Below the pieces are notes generated by a model. It worked only from the letters and a program-made list of their open reading frames with translations, did no database searches and was not told where the DNA came from. A stretch of 64,000 bases of DNA, from the NCBI GenBank assembly GCA_965202625.1, contig CBDBBI010000010.1, positions 224,001 through 288,000 on the forward strand, in the 5' to 3' direction. Source of the stretch: a bacterium. GTDB taxonomy: Bacteria > UBA8248. The translations under genes and the position numbers were made by a program. Below, in pieces: positions 9,400 to 24,262 of the stretch (position 1 is the first letter of the stretch; each line of letters opens with the position of its first letter).

Positions 9400-10434
9400 T
9401 TGAGAAGACGACCTGTCATCGCGATGACCATGGGGGATCCTGCGGGAGTGGGCCCCGAGGTGTGCCTGAAGGCGGCTCAGGAGGTGCGCGTTCAAAAAAA
9501 ATGTGTCCCCGTCATCGTCGGCGACGCGGCGGTTCTTCGCAAACACGCGCGCAGAATGGGAGTTCGGCCCCGGCTCCAGTCGCTCGCAGAGGAGAAGCCG
9601 CCCCCTCCGGAGTGCGAATCCTCGTCCATTTGCGTGATCGACCTCAAAAACGTCGCTCCCGCGCATCGGGTGTTCGGAGAGGTTCTTCCCGAACTCGGCA
9701 GGGCGTCGGGCGAATACGTCGAAAGAGCCGTCTCGATGGTGCGCACCGGATGGGCGGACGCCGTTGCGACCGCACCGATAAGCAAGGAATCCTTGCAGGC
9801 CGGAGGTTATGACTATCCCGGGCATACCGAAATGCTCGCCGCCCTGTGCGGCGGGGGACGGCCCGTCATGATGCTGGCCCACCGCAGAATACGCATCGCC
9901 CACCTATCCACGCATTGCCCTCTTCGGACGGCGGTTCAGCTCGTGAAGAGAAAAAGAATCGTATGCGTGGGGCGGATTTTCGACGAGGCGTTGTGCCTGC
10001 TCGACCGCAAGAGGCCCAGAATCGGGGTTGCGGGCCTGAATCCCCACGCGGGCGAATCCGGCTTGTTCGGAACCGAGGAGGGGGAGGAAATCGCGCCGGC
10101 GGTTTCGGATTTGCGGGCGATGGGCATCGACGCGCATGGGCCCGAGCCGCCGGATACGATATTCGCGAAATTGCGAGGGGGGCACTACGCTGGCGTCGTG
10201 GCCATGTATCACGACCAGGGACACATTCCGGGGAAGCTGGCGTGTTTTCGCTTCAACGCCCGGGGGGAGGGGAGCGTTCGGGGCGTCAACGTCACGCTGG
10301 GCCTGCCCATCATCAGAACGTCGGCGGAACACGGAACGGGGTTTCCCATCGCAGGGCGGGGGGTCGCCGACCCCTCCAGCATGATCGACGCGCTCCTCCT
10401 CGCCGCCCGAATGGTCAAAAATGGCGGGAAATGA
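9400..10434 (+). CDS. pdxA: 4-hydroxythreonine-4-phosphate dehydrogenase family (PdxA/PdxA2)
   Basis: TMGDPAGVGPE, TAPISKE, YPGHTE, GLNPHAGE, AMYHDQG and NVTLGLPIIRTS. TTG start after AAGGAG. Confidence 0.9.
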   Translation: MRRRPVIAMTMGDPAGVGPEVCLKAAQEVRVQKKCVPVIVGDAAVLRKHARRMGVRPRLQSLAEEKPPPPECESSSICVIDLKNVAPAHRVFGEVLPELGRASGEYVERAVSMVRTGWADAVATAPISKESLQAGGYDYPGHTEMLAALCGGGRPVMMLAHRRIRIAHLSTHCPLRTAVQLVKRKRIVCVGRIFDEALCLLDRKRPRIGVAGLNPHAGESGLFGTEEGEEIAPAVSDLRAMGIDAHGPEPPDTIFAKLRGGHYAGVVAMYHDQGHIPGKLACFRFNARGEGSVRGVNVTLGLPIIRTSAEHGTGFPIAGRGVADPSSMIDALLLAARMVKNGGK

Positions 10435-10646
10435 ACAGTTTGTGGTGCCGCTCCGCCAGAGCCGTTTCGCTTTTATGCTTCGGTATCTGAGAAATTTTCT
10501 GCGCACGACGCCGTTGTCTGCCCCCACGACGCCCTGTGCGGGCTGAGACGCAGGGCGGCGTGGGCGAGTAGGTTGGCAGGAGATGCGCGGCCGGCTTCGG
10601 CGACGCCAACGGTTTATAAAATCGCACTGGCTGGCCTGATCCGTGA

Positions 10647-10675
10647 TTGACGGTTCTGGCCGTTGTGGCCACTAT
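10647..10675 (+). promoter_or_regulatory. Putative sigma70 promoter with operator-like TGGCC repeats upstream of the antitoxin remnant and hsdM
   Basis: TTGACG-17 nt-CACTAT, with TGGCC-N4-TGGCCA overlapping the spacer. Confidence 0.4.
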
Positions 10676-10697
10676 CCCGTCAAAATGGAGATAGCCC

Positions 10698-10800
10698 ATG
10701 AAAGCGATTTCCGCCCGGCGCGCGCCCGTTGTGGTCGAAAAGCACGGTCGGCCGTTCGTCGTGGTCATGGCCGTCAAGGAACGTGAAAATCTGACGGGGA
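10698..10800 (+). pseudogene. Internally deleted Phd/YefM-type antitoxin remnant
   Basis: MKAISAR-RAPVVVEKHGRPFVVVMAVKERENL matches the Phd pattern (M..ISAR[EAKN.FG.LID.A]R..PV.IEKHGRP.VVV.S.EEYE.L) with the bracketed helix missing. Good RBS, no toxin gene. Confidence 0.6.
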
Positions 10801-10837
10801 ACATCGTCCTTCCCTCACAAGATAAGGAGCACGAACC

Positions 10838-12401
<1,564 letters not shown>

Positions 12402-12409
<8 letters not shown>

Positions 12410-13688
12410 TATCTGGCCGAGAATACCTTTAGATTCTGTTGTCCGCTTCCAAGAAGGTCCGGGCATCCTTGCGAAAGACTTTCATCCAGACGGCGTTCCG
12501 CTTGTTAGGCTTGCGGGGCTTGGCGGGTACGAAGTAACGCTCAACAAGTGTAACTATCTTGATCCGTCTTTCGTAGCGAAGAAGTGGGATCACTTCAGGC
12601 TTAAAAAGGGGGACATACTTATTTCAACGAGTGCATCATTTGGAAGACCTGCGGTTGTGGGTGCAGAAGCCGAAGGCGCAATATTTTACACGGGAATAAT
12701 CCGCTTTCGTTCTATGTCTAGTGAGCTAAACGAGGGCTATTTGAAAAGCTTCCTCGGGTCTCGCGCGTTTATGCTTCAGGCCGAAGCACAGGCGTCAGGA
12801 AGTGTAATTAGTCATTTTGGACCTTCGCATTTGCGCCGGATGGAAATCCCACTGCCGCCATTGAAAGAGCAGCAAAATATCGCGTACGTACATTCCACCC
12901 TCGACGACAAGATCGAACTGAACCGGTGGATGAACGAGACGCTGGAGGCGATGGCGCGGGCGATTTTCAAGGACTGGTTCGTGGATTTCGGCCCCACCCG
13001 CGCCAGGATGGAAGGCCGCGAACCCTGCCTCGCCCCCGAAATCTGGAACCTGTTCCCCGACAGGCTGGATGCGGAAGGCAAGCCGGAGGGGTGGGAGCAA
13101 GGAACCCTTGTGGATATTGCGGATTCCCCGAGGCGAGGCGTTAGCCCAGCCGACGTTGCCGAGGACACGCCCTACATCGGCCTAGAGCATATGCCGCGCC
13201 GTTCAATCGCACTCTCGGAGTGGGAAGGCGCGGGGAAAGTTACGAGCAACAAGTCGATCTTTAAAAAGGGGGAATTCCTGTTCGGGAAACTGCGGCCCTA
13301 CTTCCACAAGGTCGGATTTGCGCTATTGGACGGCATTTGTTCGACTGACATCGTTGTTGTGATCCCGCGAGCCCCGAACTGGGGAGCGTTTACTCTCGCC
13401 TGCCTATCTACGGATGAATTCGTGGATTACACGGATCAGACGTCGACCGGCACGAAGATGCCGCGCACGGGCTGGAATACAATGGGGCAATACGAGGTTT
13501 GCATTCCATCTGAGCAGATTGCCCATGCTTTTCAGAGCATCGCGCAGACGCTGTTTGACCGTGTCAGCACGAACATTCATGAATCCCGCACCCTCGCCCA
13601 AACCCGCGACTTTATTCTTCCGAAACTGATGTCCGGCGAAATCCGGCTCCGTGAAGCCGAGAAGATCGCAGGGGAGGCAGTTGCATGA
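12402..13688 (+). CDS. hsdS: Type I R-M specificity subunit
   Basis: Two TRDs separated by the conserved IPLPPLKEQ...LDDKIELNR...[12 protein letters not shown] region, ending in [14 protein letters not shown]. Overlaps the hsdM stop. Confidence 0.95.
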
Positions 13689-14482
13689 AGGTAGCGGCAG
13701 GAGAACCGGTGTACCATGAAGGCAGCGCCCCGTGTTCCGGGCTTGGCCTGAAGTGGTCGGGCGACGAGCTTGATGCTGCGATGAATGGCCGCGTGGCTGC
13801 CGTCCTGTTTGATGACGCAGGCAAGGCCGACATCGAAGGCATTCTGACCGGCCTTCCCGAGACCGACTTTGAGCAGGAAGGGCTTCGCCGTATTCTCTCC
13901 GCTCCCGATGATATGGAGGACTGGCGCGTCGGAGAGGCGATCGCCGAGGCCTATCTCACTGATCACCGCGATTGCTGTTTCCCGTGGCCTGCCGGACGAG
14001 ACGAGCGCAAGCGAGGCTCCAGTCTGCCTGGTGCGGATCTTGTCGGCTTCCATGCCGACGAGCAGGGCGATTGCCTGGCATTTGGTGAAGTCAAGACGTC
14101 CTCCGAAGCCAGGTATCCACCGGGGAGCATGTATGGCCGGACAGGGCTCAAGCAACAACTTGGGGACTTGCGAGACAGGGTTTCCATACGCGATGACCTC
14201 GTCTGGTATCTCTTCCATCGTGCCAAGGGGGCCGATTGGTTTGCGCGGTTCATGAAGGCGACAAAGCGCTATCTGGCCAACAAATCGGACGTGCGGCTTT
14301 ACGGGTTTCTTGTCCGTGATGTTCAACCGCAGAAAGATGACGTGCGAGTCCGTGTGGAAAAGCTCGGAAAGGACTGCCCGGAGGGAACGAAAGTTGAACT
14401 TCTTGCGCTGTATCTTCCGAAGGGCCGCATTAAAGGAATCGGCGCCGCCGCTGTGAAGACAAGGACAGGAGCGGGATCATGA
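13685..14482 (+). CDS. HamA-like (Hachiman/DUF1837-type) PD-(D/E)xK nuclease
   Basis: GEAIAEAYL...SLPGADLVGF...LAFGEVKTS gives the GE..GxD..GExK catalytic pattern. ATGA overlaps with both hsdS and the helicase. Confidence 0.65.
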   Translation: MKVAAGEPVYHEGSAPCSGLGLKWSGDELDAAMNGRVAAVLFDDAGKADIEGILTGLPETDFEQEGLRRILSAPDDMEDWRVGEAIAEAYLTDHRDCCFPWPAGRDERKRGSSLPGADLVGFHADEQGDCLAFGEVKTSSEARYPPGSMYGRTGLKQQLGDLRDRVSIRDDLVWYLFHRAKGADWFARFMKATKRYLANKSDVRLYGFLVRDVQPQKDDVRVRVEKLGKDCPEGTKVELLALYLPKGRIKGIGAAAVKTRTGAGS

Positions 14483-17400
14483 CTCTGTCCATGAAATCTC
14501 TTGACGATCTCAGAGAACATTGGGCTGTCAGTGCAATCGGCGCGGAGGATATCGCGCGGGCCGAAAGGCTCGTAAACGAAAATCTCGCCCGTCGAGCGGT
14601 TGGCCAGCAGATAGCCTTTTCGTTCTCGCCAGGTGCGAGTGACGACGCCTTTCTGGAGCGCGTTGCGCTGGCCTTTGAAATGGCGGCTATTGAGGGCCTG
14701 GACGAGCTGAGCCGTCCTTCCGGCGAGAACGCGGCATTGCGCGATCAGGCGACTGCCGCGTCATTCCGCGCTTTTGATATTCGCCGTTTGCTGCCGGTCC
14801 CGACCGAAACGCATGACCGGCTTTTCTTTGTCCTGCAACTTTCCGCCCTTGCCTATTGCGGGGATCGCTGGTCGGACCTTCGCCGCTGGTACAAGGAAAA
14901 CGCCGGGGCACTGGCGGCTCCGAGCGTTGCCGAAAGCCTGTGGGACCGCCGCCTTCTGTACCGTTTGTTCCATTGCTGGGTCCGGTTGTTCCGGAAGGAG
15001 GGCTGGGATGATCTTGACCGGATCAGTGAGATCATCGACGGACTGCGCGACGATCAAAAGATATATGAGAAAGAGCGACTTAAGAACGGTTCGCACGCGG
15101 CGAATCGGGCAATCGCCCTGCGGCTTGCGGCGCTTTATCACTGGGCGAAGAGCACCGAGCTTGTTGCGCAATACATGTTGCAGGGGCAGCCGGCAAACCC
15201 GTTTGGCTTGATTGACAAGCACTTCGACGGGGCCATCAAGGCAGCGACGGCCTCAGGCGACGCGCAGCACGAGATTATTCTGCGCTGGTTACATGCAGCC
15301 GCGCGGATCATGATCACGAACTCGCTTTGGTGGGCGACGCGTACCGTCAATTCACGCACAACGCGTTTTGTCCACTCCTTGACGCACCGCAAACACCAGG
15401 CGATGTTCGAGCTCCTGCCGCCTCAGCGAGCGGCCCTTCTTGAGCAGGGGCTGCTCGATCAGGCCAAGACGGCAATCGTGGTCGATATGCCGACCTCGGG
15501 AGGAAAAACCCTCCTCGCGCAATTCCGCATCCTTCAGGCATTGAATCAGTTCAGCGCCGATGGTGGCTGGGTCGCATATGTTGCGCCCACACGCGCCTTG
15601 TCCGCCCAGATCACCCGGCGGCTGCGAAAAGACTTCGAGCCGCTCGGCGTCCGGGTCGAGCAACTAACGGCCGCGGTCGAGGTGGACGCCTTTGAGGAGG
15701 AGCTGCTGGCGAACAAGGAGCAGCCATTCACGGCCACGGTCCGGGTGGACGTCTTTGAGGAGGAGCAGCCGGCGGACAACGATCCGCCATTCGACATTCT
15801 CGTGGCTACACCCGAGAAGCTGTCCCTCGTCATCCGCAACAAGAAGGTCGAGAACCGGCCGCTTGCCCTCGTTGTCATGGACGAAGCACACAATCTCGAA
15901 ACGAAAGACAGAGGGCTCCGCATCGAGTTGTTGCTCGCGACGGTGAAGAGGGATTGTCCGAAGGCGAACTTCCTTCTCCTCATGCCTTATGTAGAAGGAG
16001 CGGAATCCGTAGCGCGGTGGCTGGCACATGATATAAACGCCGGCCAGGCGATCAGCCTTGGAACGACGCCCTGGAAACCCAATGAACGAATTATCGGCCT
16101 TTATAGTGCCGTTGCGGATGACAGCCAGCGCGCTGGATGGCATCTCAAATTCGAGACTTTAACTGCTACTTCGAAAGCTATGCAGCTTCACGGCACTCAC
16201 CGCGTTGGCGGTGTGAAGCCCATCAATGTTCCCAAAAGCAAGGTGCTTATCAAAGGCCGGCAGGAAGGTTTCGGCCTTCAGACGGCGGCCATTGCGACCG
16301 TCATGTCCGCCCGTGGCACGAGCGTCGCCATAGCCAACCATATTCCCACCGTGTGGAACATGGCCGCCAAGGCGGCAGAGTGCTTGTCGGATTTCGATAC
16401 GATTCCGACCGACATCAAGCTCGTTCAGGATTTTCTGCGCACCGAGATCAGCCCCGACTTCCCGCTGATTGCAATGCTGGACAAGGGAGTCGGTGTCCAC
16501 CATGCCGGTCTTTCCGATGACGTGCGCGGCCTTATGGAGTGGCTTGCCGAAACCGGAAGCCTGCGGATGCTTTGTGCGACCACCACGATTGCGCAGGGGA
16601 TCAATTTTCCGGTTTCCTCCGTTTTCCTGCAAACGCACAAATATCGCTACGGGCAGGAAATGTCGCCGCGCGAGTTCTGGAACCTGGCCGGTCGCGCAGG
16701 CCGTATCGATCATGACAGCGTGGGTGTCATTGGCATTGCGGAAGGTTCGAGTCGAGATTCTCTCATCAAGTTCGTCAGCCGCAACACGGGTGCTCTCGTC
16801 TCGCGCCTTGTCTCGTTGCTGGACGATCTTGCCAAGCAAGGCGAATTGGCGAATCTGTCGGAAGTCCTTTGTCAGGAACAATGGGAGGATTTCCGCTGTT
16901 ACATTGCGCATCTTTGGGCGGAGAAAAAGAACCTCGACGCCGTTCTCTCTGAATCTGATCAGCTCCTTCGCCAGACGTTCGGCTATACGTCTCTGCGAAA
17001 CGACCCCGCGCAGCGGGAGAAGGCTGACGCATTGCTGCTTGCGGCCCACGCCTACGCGCGCGAACTTGCCAAGAAGCCTGGCGTCGCCGAACTTGCGGAC
17101 TCGACGGGCTTCTCACCGGAAGGCGTGGGTAAAGCGATGAGCGAACTTAACCAGCTTGAGACCAAACTCACGCCATCGGATTGGGCTCCGGAGAGTCTTT
17201 TCGGAAAGGGCGGCAAAATCGCCGATTTGTATGGCGTCATGTTGAAAGTGCCGCAACTCCAGAAGCAACTTGAGGAGATTGGCGGCCAGGGTTTTGATCG
17301 CACCCGGATTTCCGATATCACGCGCGACTGGGTGAATGGCAAGGGAATTGACGCCATAGCCAGGGAGTACTTCAGCCGGGAAACGGACGACGAAGGGAGA

Positions 17401-17814
17401 ACGGCTGCGATTACGGATGCCTGCCGCGCCATATATCGCGCGATTGTCAATAATGGAACCTGGGGTGTTTCCGCGCTGAGCCGCATTTCCGGTATCGACT
17501 TTGACAGTCTGCCGGAGGCCGAGCGTCGCAGGATCAATGCGCTTCCCGCGATGATTTATCACGGCGTCCGCACGGAAGATGCGGTTTTGATGCGTATGAA
17601 TGCCGCGCCACGCAGCGCGTCTGTAAACCTAGGGAATTTGTATCGCGAGACAATCGGCGAAGGCGATGGTCGCTATTCCGTCGGCCAAGCCCGCCAATTC
17701 CTGAAAGACCTGAGCGATCGCGACTGGCACCGCGCCCGCCCGGAAAGCGCCGCTCTCTCTGGCGACGGATACAAGCGCGTCTGGGAAGTGCTTTCCGGGG
17801 AGAGAAGCACATGA
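14479..17814 (+). CDS. Ski2-like SF2 DEAH helicase with long helical N-terminus (HamB/AbpB-like)
   Basis: [42 protein letters not shown] and NLAGRAGR. Confidence 0.85.
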   Translation: MTLSMKSLDDLREHWAVSAIGAEDIARAERLVNENLARRAVGQQIAFSFSPGASDDAFLERVALAFEMAAIEGLDELSRPSGENAALRDQATAASFRAFDIRRLLPVPTETHDRLFFVLQLSALAYCGDRWSDLRRWYKENAGALAAPSVAESLWDRRLLYRLFHCWVRLFRKEGWDDLDRISEIIDGLRDDQKIYEKERLKNGSHAANRAIALRLAALYHWAKSTELVAQYMLQGQPANPFGLIDKHFDGAIKAATASGDAQHEIILRWLHAAARIMITNSLWWATRTVNSRTTRFVHSLTHRKHQAMFELLPPQRAALLEQGLLDQAKTAIVVDMPTSGGKTLLAQFRILQALNQFSADGGWVAYVAPTRALSAQITRRLRKDFEPLGVRVEQLTAAVEVDAFEEELLANKEQPFTATVRVDVFEEEQPADNDPPFDILVATPEKLSLVIRNKKVENRPLALVVMDEAHNLETKDRGLRIELLLATVKRDCPKANFLLLMPYVEGAESVARWLAHDINAGQAISLGTTPWKPNERIIGLYSAVADDSQRAGWHLKFETLTATSKAMQLHGTHRVGGVKPINVPKSKVLIKGRQEGFGLQTAAIATVMSARGTSVAIANHIPTVWNMAAKAAECLSDFDTIPTDIKLVQDFLRTEISPDFPLIAMLDKGVGVHHAGLSDDVRGLMEWLAETGSLRMLCATTTIAQGINFPVSSVFLQTHKYRYGQEMSPREFWNLAGRAGRIDHDSVGVIGIAEGSSRDSLIKFVSRNTGALVSRLVSLLDDLAKQGELANLSEVLCQEQWEDFRCYIAHLWAEKKNLDAVLSESDQLLRQTFGYTSLRNDPAQREKADALLLAAHAYARELAKKPGVAELADSTGFSPEGVGKAMSELNQLETKLTPSDWAPESLFGKGGKIADLYGVMLKVPQLQKQLEEIGGQGFDRTRISDITRDWVNGKGIDAIAREYFSRETDDEGRTAAITDACRAIYRAIVNNGTWGVSALSRISGIDFDSLPEAERRRINALPAMIYHGVRTEDAVLMRMNAAPRSASVNLGNLYRETIGEGDGRYSVGQARQFLKDLSDRDWHRARPESAALSGDGYKRVWEVLSGERST
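15667..15792 (+). repeat. In-frame 63 bp tandem duplication inside the helicase gene
   Basis: 15667-15729 versus 15730-15792 are 53/63 nt identical: [21 protein letters not shown] / [21 protein letters not shown]. Confidence 0.9.
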
Positions 17815-17848
17815 CGGCATTTGCCGAAAACGTCAAGGAGGCCGTGTA

Positions 17849-21007
<3,159 letters not shown>

Positions 21008-21361
21008 TGACCAGAAAAGACGAGACATGAGAAGCTCCGTTCCATGCGGACTCTCTTCCAAAAATTTCTGGGACGCAGGGTGTCCCGGTTCCTTGACGCG
21101 GCGGGCCGGGCGGTATGCGCGGAACCCCCTCGGGTCGCATACGCCCTGGACAGCCTGGTCGGCTGTAGCCAGACAAAATAATTGCGAATTTGCACAAAAA
21201 TAACCCGGAATGCCTTGTGAAAAAGACCGTTTTTCGGGGCCTAAACGGCTTGTGAAATGGCCGTGCAAGGGTGTTGCAAAGGTCGCGCAAGGCAGAATCC
21301 GCAAGCGTTGATTGCGGCGAGGGCGTCCGCAGCCTTTGATATCTCCAAGGAAAATTTGGTT

Positions 21362-21400
21362 TGGTTGCGGGGGCAGGATGTGAACCTGTGCCTTCAGGTT
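21362..21400 (-). other. Degenerate 3' half of an initiator tRNA-Met (att-site relic), not a functional tRNA
   Basis: Plus strand TGGTTGCGGGGGCAGGATgTGAACCTGtG-CCTTCAGGTT is the reverse complement of a tRNA-fMet 3' end (...AACCTGAAGGTCGCAGGTTCAAATCCTGCCCCCGCAACCA) with 2 substitutions and 1 deletion. No 5' half present. Confidence 0.75.
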
Positions 21401-21434
21401 TGGGGATGGGGGTCTTGCGAGAAGACGCGGCCCC

Positions 21435-22190
21435 TCAAGCGCGGCAGATGGTGAGGAGGTGCACCGCGTTGGCCCCCGCTTTTTTGAGCTCCCGCGCACA
21501 CGCCGAGGCGGTCGAGCCGGTCGTGACCACGTCGTCGATCAAGATGCACGTGGCGGATGCGAGTTTTTCACGCACCCCTCCGGAGCGAACCCTGAATACC
21601 CCGCGCATGTTTCGCCGCCTCTCCCGCCCGGACAATCCCGTTTGCGAGCGGCCTGGCTTCGCGCGTTCCAGCAAGCGCGCGTGCGGCTTGCCCAGGTGCT
21701 CCGCCGTCTGGAGGGAGAGGAGCAGTGCCTGATCGAAGCCCCGGGTTCTCCAGCGCGCGCGGTCGATCGGCACGTGCGTGAGGATGACGTTCGGCGTTTC
21801 TTCACCGACGCCGAATTCGCTTGTCGCCAGATCGGCGAGATGGGGAGCGAGTGCGCGCGCCAGCTTCGTGACGCCCCCGAACTTGAGGAGATGCACCAAC
21901 TCTCGCAAAGAACCCTCAAAGGCGCCGATGGAGCGGACCTTGTCATAGTGAAGGTCGTCTTGTTGGCACGGGGCGCAGACGTGCGCGGGAAAATGGGACA
22001 GGGCGGCCTGGGAGTGAAAGGGTCTGCCGCATCTGGGGCACCAGGGCGGCTTGAAGCATTCGAAGGCGTCCGCGCAAGGGGTGCATATCGCATCGGTACC
22101 GCCGATTTCCATCAGATTCAGGCACAAGGGGCACTTTCTGGGGAGGAGAAAGTCCGTCGCCGCGCGAAGGAGAGAACGCAGGTGGCGCAT
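21435..22190 (-). CDS. comF: ComF family protein (double zinc ribbon plus PRTase domain)
   Basis: Four CxxC pairs, RGFDQA, SQTGL...RRRN and LIDDVVTTGST. Confidence 0.9.
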   Translation of the reverse strand: MRHLRSLLRAATDFLLPRKCPLCLNLMEIGGTDAICTPCADAFECFKPPWCPRCGRPFHSQAALSHFPAHVCAPCQQDDLHYDKVRSIGAFEGSLRELVHLLKFGGVTKLARALAPHLADLATSEFGVGEETPNVILTHVPIDRARWRTRGFDQALLLSLQTAEHLGKPHARLLERAKPGRSQTGLSGRERRRNMRGVFRVRSGGVREKLASATCILIDDVVTTGSTASACARELKKAGANAVHLLTICRA

Positions 22191-22258
22191 AGGCTTTTCG
22201 CTTCAGGTGAAAGGGGAGACACTCTTGTCCGAGCGCCGCGGGCGTTCTTTGCGGGACG

Positions 22259-23404
22259 TCAGGATTTTCTTCTCAACTGCACCCTTTTGCTGCCCGCCCC
22301 CTCGCTTCTCGCCTCGCCCCGGCGGCGGTGGCGAATGAGTTCTGCGACGATGGCGACCCCGATCTCCCCCGGCGTATCGGCGCCAATGTCCAGGCCGATG
22401 GGTGCGTGGACGCGCTTGATGAGTTCTCCCCGATCGTGGCCCTTCTCTTCGAGGTGGCGATAGGTGAGCAGTACCTTGCTCTTTGAACCTATCATTCCGA
22501 TGTAGCGCGCGTTCGTCTGCATCGCCCATTCGAGGACGACCTCGTCGTTCGCGTGTCCCCGGGTGATGATGGCCATGTAGTCTGCCTCGTCCACCGGAAT
22601 TTTCTCGAAAATTTCGGGAAAATCCCCCACGTAGAACGCCTCCGCCATCGGAAAGCGCTCCGCGTTGGCGAACGATGGTCTGTCCTCTACGACCGCGACC
22701 CTGAAGCCGGCGAGATAGGCCGCCTGCGCGACGCAGAAAGACACGTGCCCGCCGCCGAAGACGTAGACGAGCGGCTGGCCGGATATGGGTTCGACGAAAA
22801 TTTCTGTGGCTTCTCCGGGCGCGGACCTCTTTCGCCCCGCGCGCGCCGCCTCCGTGTGGAAATGCAGGAGAGAGGGGCTGCCCTGGCGAATGATTTGCGT
22901 GCTCTCCGCCCAAATCTCTGCCGAATAGTGGGGAATTTCGCCCACGGCGCTGCCGTCGCGCCTGAAAAGCATTTTTCTGGCCTCCGGCGTCGGAATGTCG
23001 AGCGCGCCCGGCTGGACGATGGTCGCCAACGCCGCGCTGCCGCCCTGGTTTCTGATGGCGTTGATCGCATCGAGCAGTTCCGGATGAAACACCCGAAACG
23101 GCTCCACCAGTATCTCCACGACGCCGCCGCAGATGTGTCCGCTGTCCTCCGCCTCCTGCTGGGTGAGGTCGAAGGCGCACTTCTCAGGCTCGCCCGTCTC
23201 CAGGACGCTCATGGCGCTTTCCCAGACCTCCGCCTCCAGGCAGCCGCCCCCGACGGTACCCTCCGTGCTGCCGTCCTCGCGCACGAGCATTTTCGCATCC
23301 CCGCTCATGGGCGCCGATCCCTTGCGGTTCACCACGGTGGCGAGCGCGCCGCTCTGGCCTTCTTCCTTCAGCCTGGCCATTTCCCTGAAAACGTCCTTGC
23401 CCAT
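22259..23404 (-). CDS. xdhC: XdhC/CoxF family Moco-insertion chaperone
   Basis: ALATVV.RKGSAP, GTVGGGCLE, CGG, a second N-domain repeat, VFGGGHV, TRGH..D, YIGMIGS and HAPIGLDIGADTPGEI. Confidence 0.92.
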   Translation of the reverse strand: MGKDVFREMARLKEEGQSGALATVVNRKGSAPMSGDAKMLVREDGSTEGTVGGGCLEAEVWESAMSVLETGEPEKCAFDLTQQEAEDSGHICGGVVEILVEPFRVFHPELLDAINAIRNQGGSAALATIVQPGALDIPTPEARKMLFRRDGSAVGEIPHYSAEIWAESTQIIRQGSPSLLHFHTEAARAGRKRSAPGEATEIFVEPISGQPLVYVFGGGHVSFCVAQAAYLAGFRVAVVEDRPSFANAERFPMAEAFYVGDFPEIFEKIPVDEADYMAIITRGHANDEVVLEWAMQTNARYIGMIGSKSKVLLTYRHLEEKGHDRGELIKRVHAPIGLDIGADTPGEIGVAIVAELIRHRRRGEARSEGAGSKRVQLRRKS

Positions 23405-23434
23405 TCCCCGCTCCCTTGAGGCGCACCGCCCGTC

Positions 23435-24262
23435 TCAGGCGTCTGGTGCGATTCGCAAAAAGACTTTGCACGCGTTCTGCAAGCAAGACGTGAGGAGAAT
23501 ACCGTCCGCCGGACCGTTCGATCCTCCGGCCATCTCCCAGATAATATATGCCATTTTTTCGAGTTTTTCCACCGAGGGCTCCAGGTCGGCCTTGTTGATG
23601 ACGATCCACTTCCGCACACCAGCCCCCGCCTTGTGAAACAGACCCGCAGGGCTCGCGCATAATTTTCCGATCGCTTGCGCCGTTATCTCCTCGCCGGCCT
23701 GCACGCCGCACACTTTCGAGAACCGCTTCGCGCGAAAGACGCGCGCCTCGCTCAAGGGGGCGCCCAACGCATCCAGCCCTACGACGCCCAGAACGGCGTC
23801 CAGGCTTTCCGGCAGCACGGGCTCGTCCGGCCCAGGCGCCTTGATGGGCAGCCTTCTCGCCCCGTCCGCCTCGACGAGGGTGAGGCCATCGCATAATTGC
23901 AGGCGGGCGATTTCCGCAGGGGCGAAGCCGACGAGCTTCATGCGCCGCTCGCCCTGCCGGCCCGGGAGCGGCGCCTTTCCCTCCCTGCGGCGAGCGAACC
24001 ACGAGATTCCGCAGACGCGCATGTAAGGGCGGAGGCGCTTCGAGAGGGTGTCGACGTGGCCCAGGGCGAGGGGCGTCTCCTCCTCCGGAAGCGGCGCGAA
24101 AACCTTGGTGGTCGTCGTAAGAAGCGCGGGTTTTCCGTATTGGGCGTGAAACTCTTTGGCGATGGCCGTCAGCAGACTCGTTTTTCCGCCCGCCCCGACC
24201 GCCGCCAGGCTTTGGCCCGGCCGGACGTCGAGTGCCTGAACCGCACCGCCTCGCGCTACCAA
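23435..24262 (-). CDS. yqeC: Selenium-dependent molybdenum hydroxylase accessory protein YqeC
   Basis: VGAGGKTSL, LTTTTK, LVEADGARRLPIKAP...EPVLP and INKAD. Confidence 0.88.
   Translation of the reverse strand: MVARGGAVQALDVRPGQSLAAVGAGGKTSLLTAIAKEFHAQYGKPALLTTTTKVFAPLPEEETPLALGHVDTLSKRLRPYMRVCGISWFARRREGKAPLPGRQGERRMKLVGFAPAEIARLQLCDGLTLVEADGARRLPIKAPGPDEPVLPESLDAVLGVVGLDALGAPLSEARVFRAKRFSKVCGVQAGEEITAQAIGKLCASPAGLFHKAGAGVRKWIVINKADLEPSVEKLEKMAYIIWEMAGGSNGPADGILLTSCLQNACKVFLRIAPDA

Noticed and set aside
21361-21732. ORF beginning MVAGAGCEP
   Set aside because: It is the translation of the antisense tRNA fragment running into antisense comF, not a gene.
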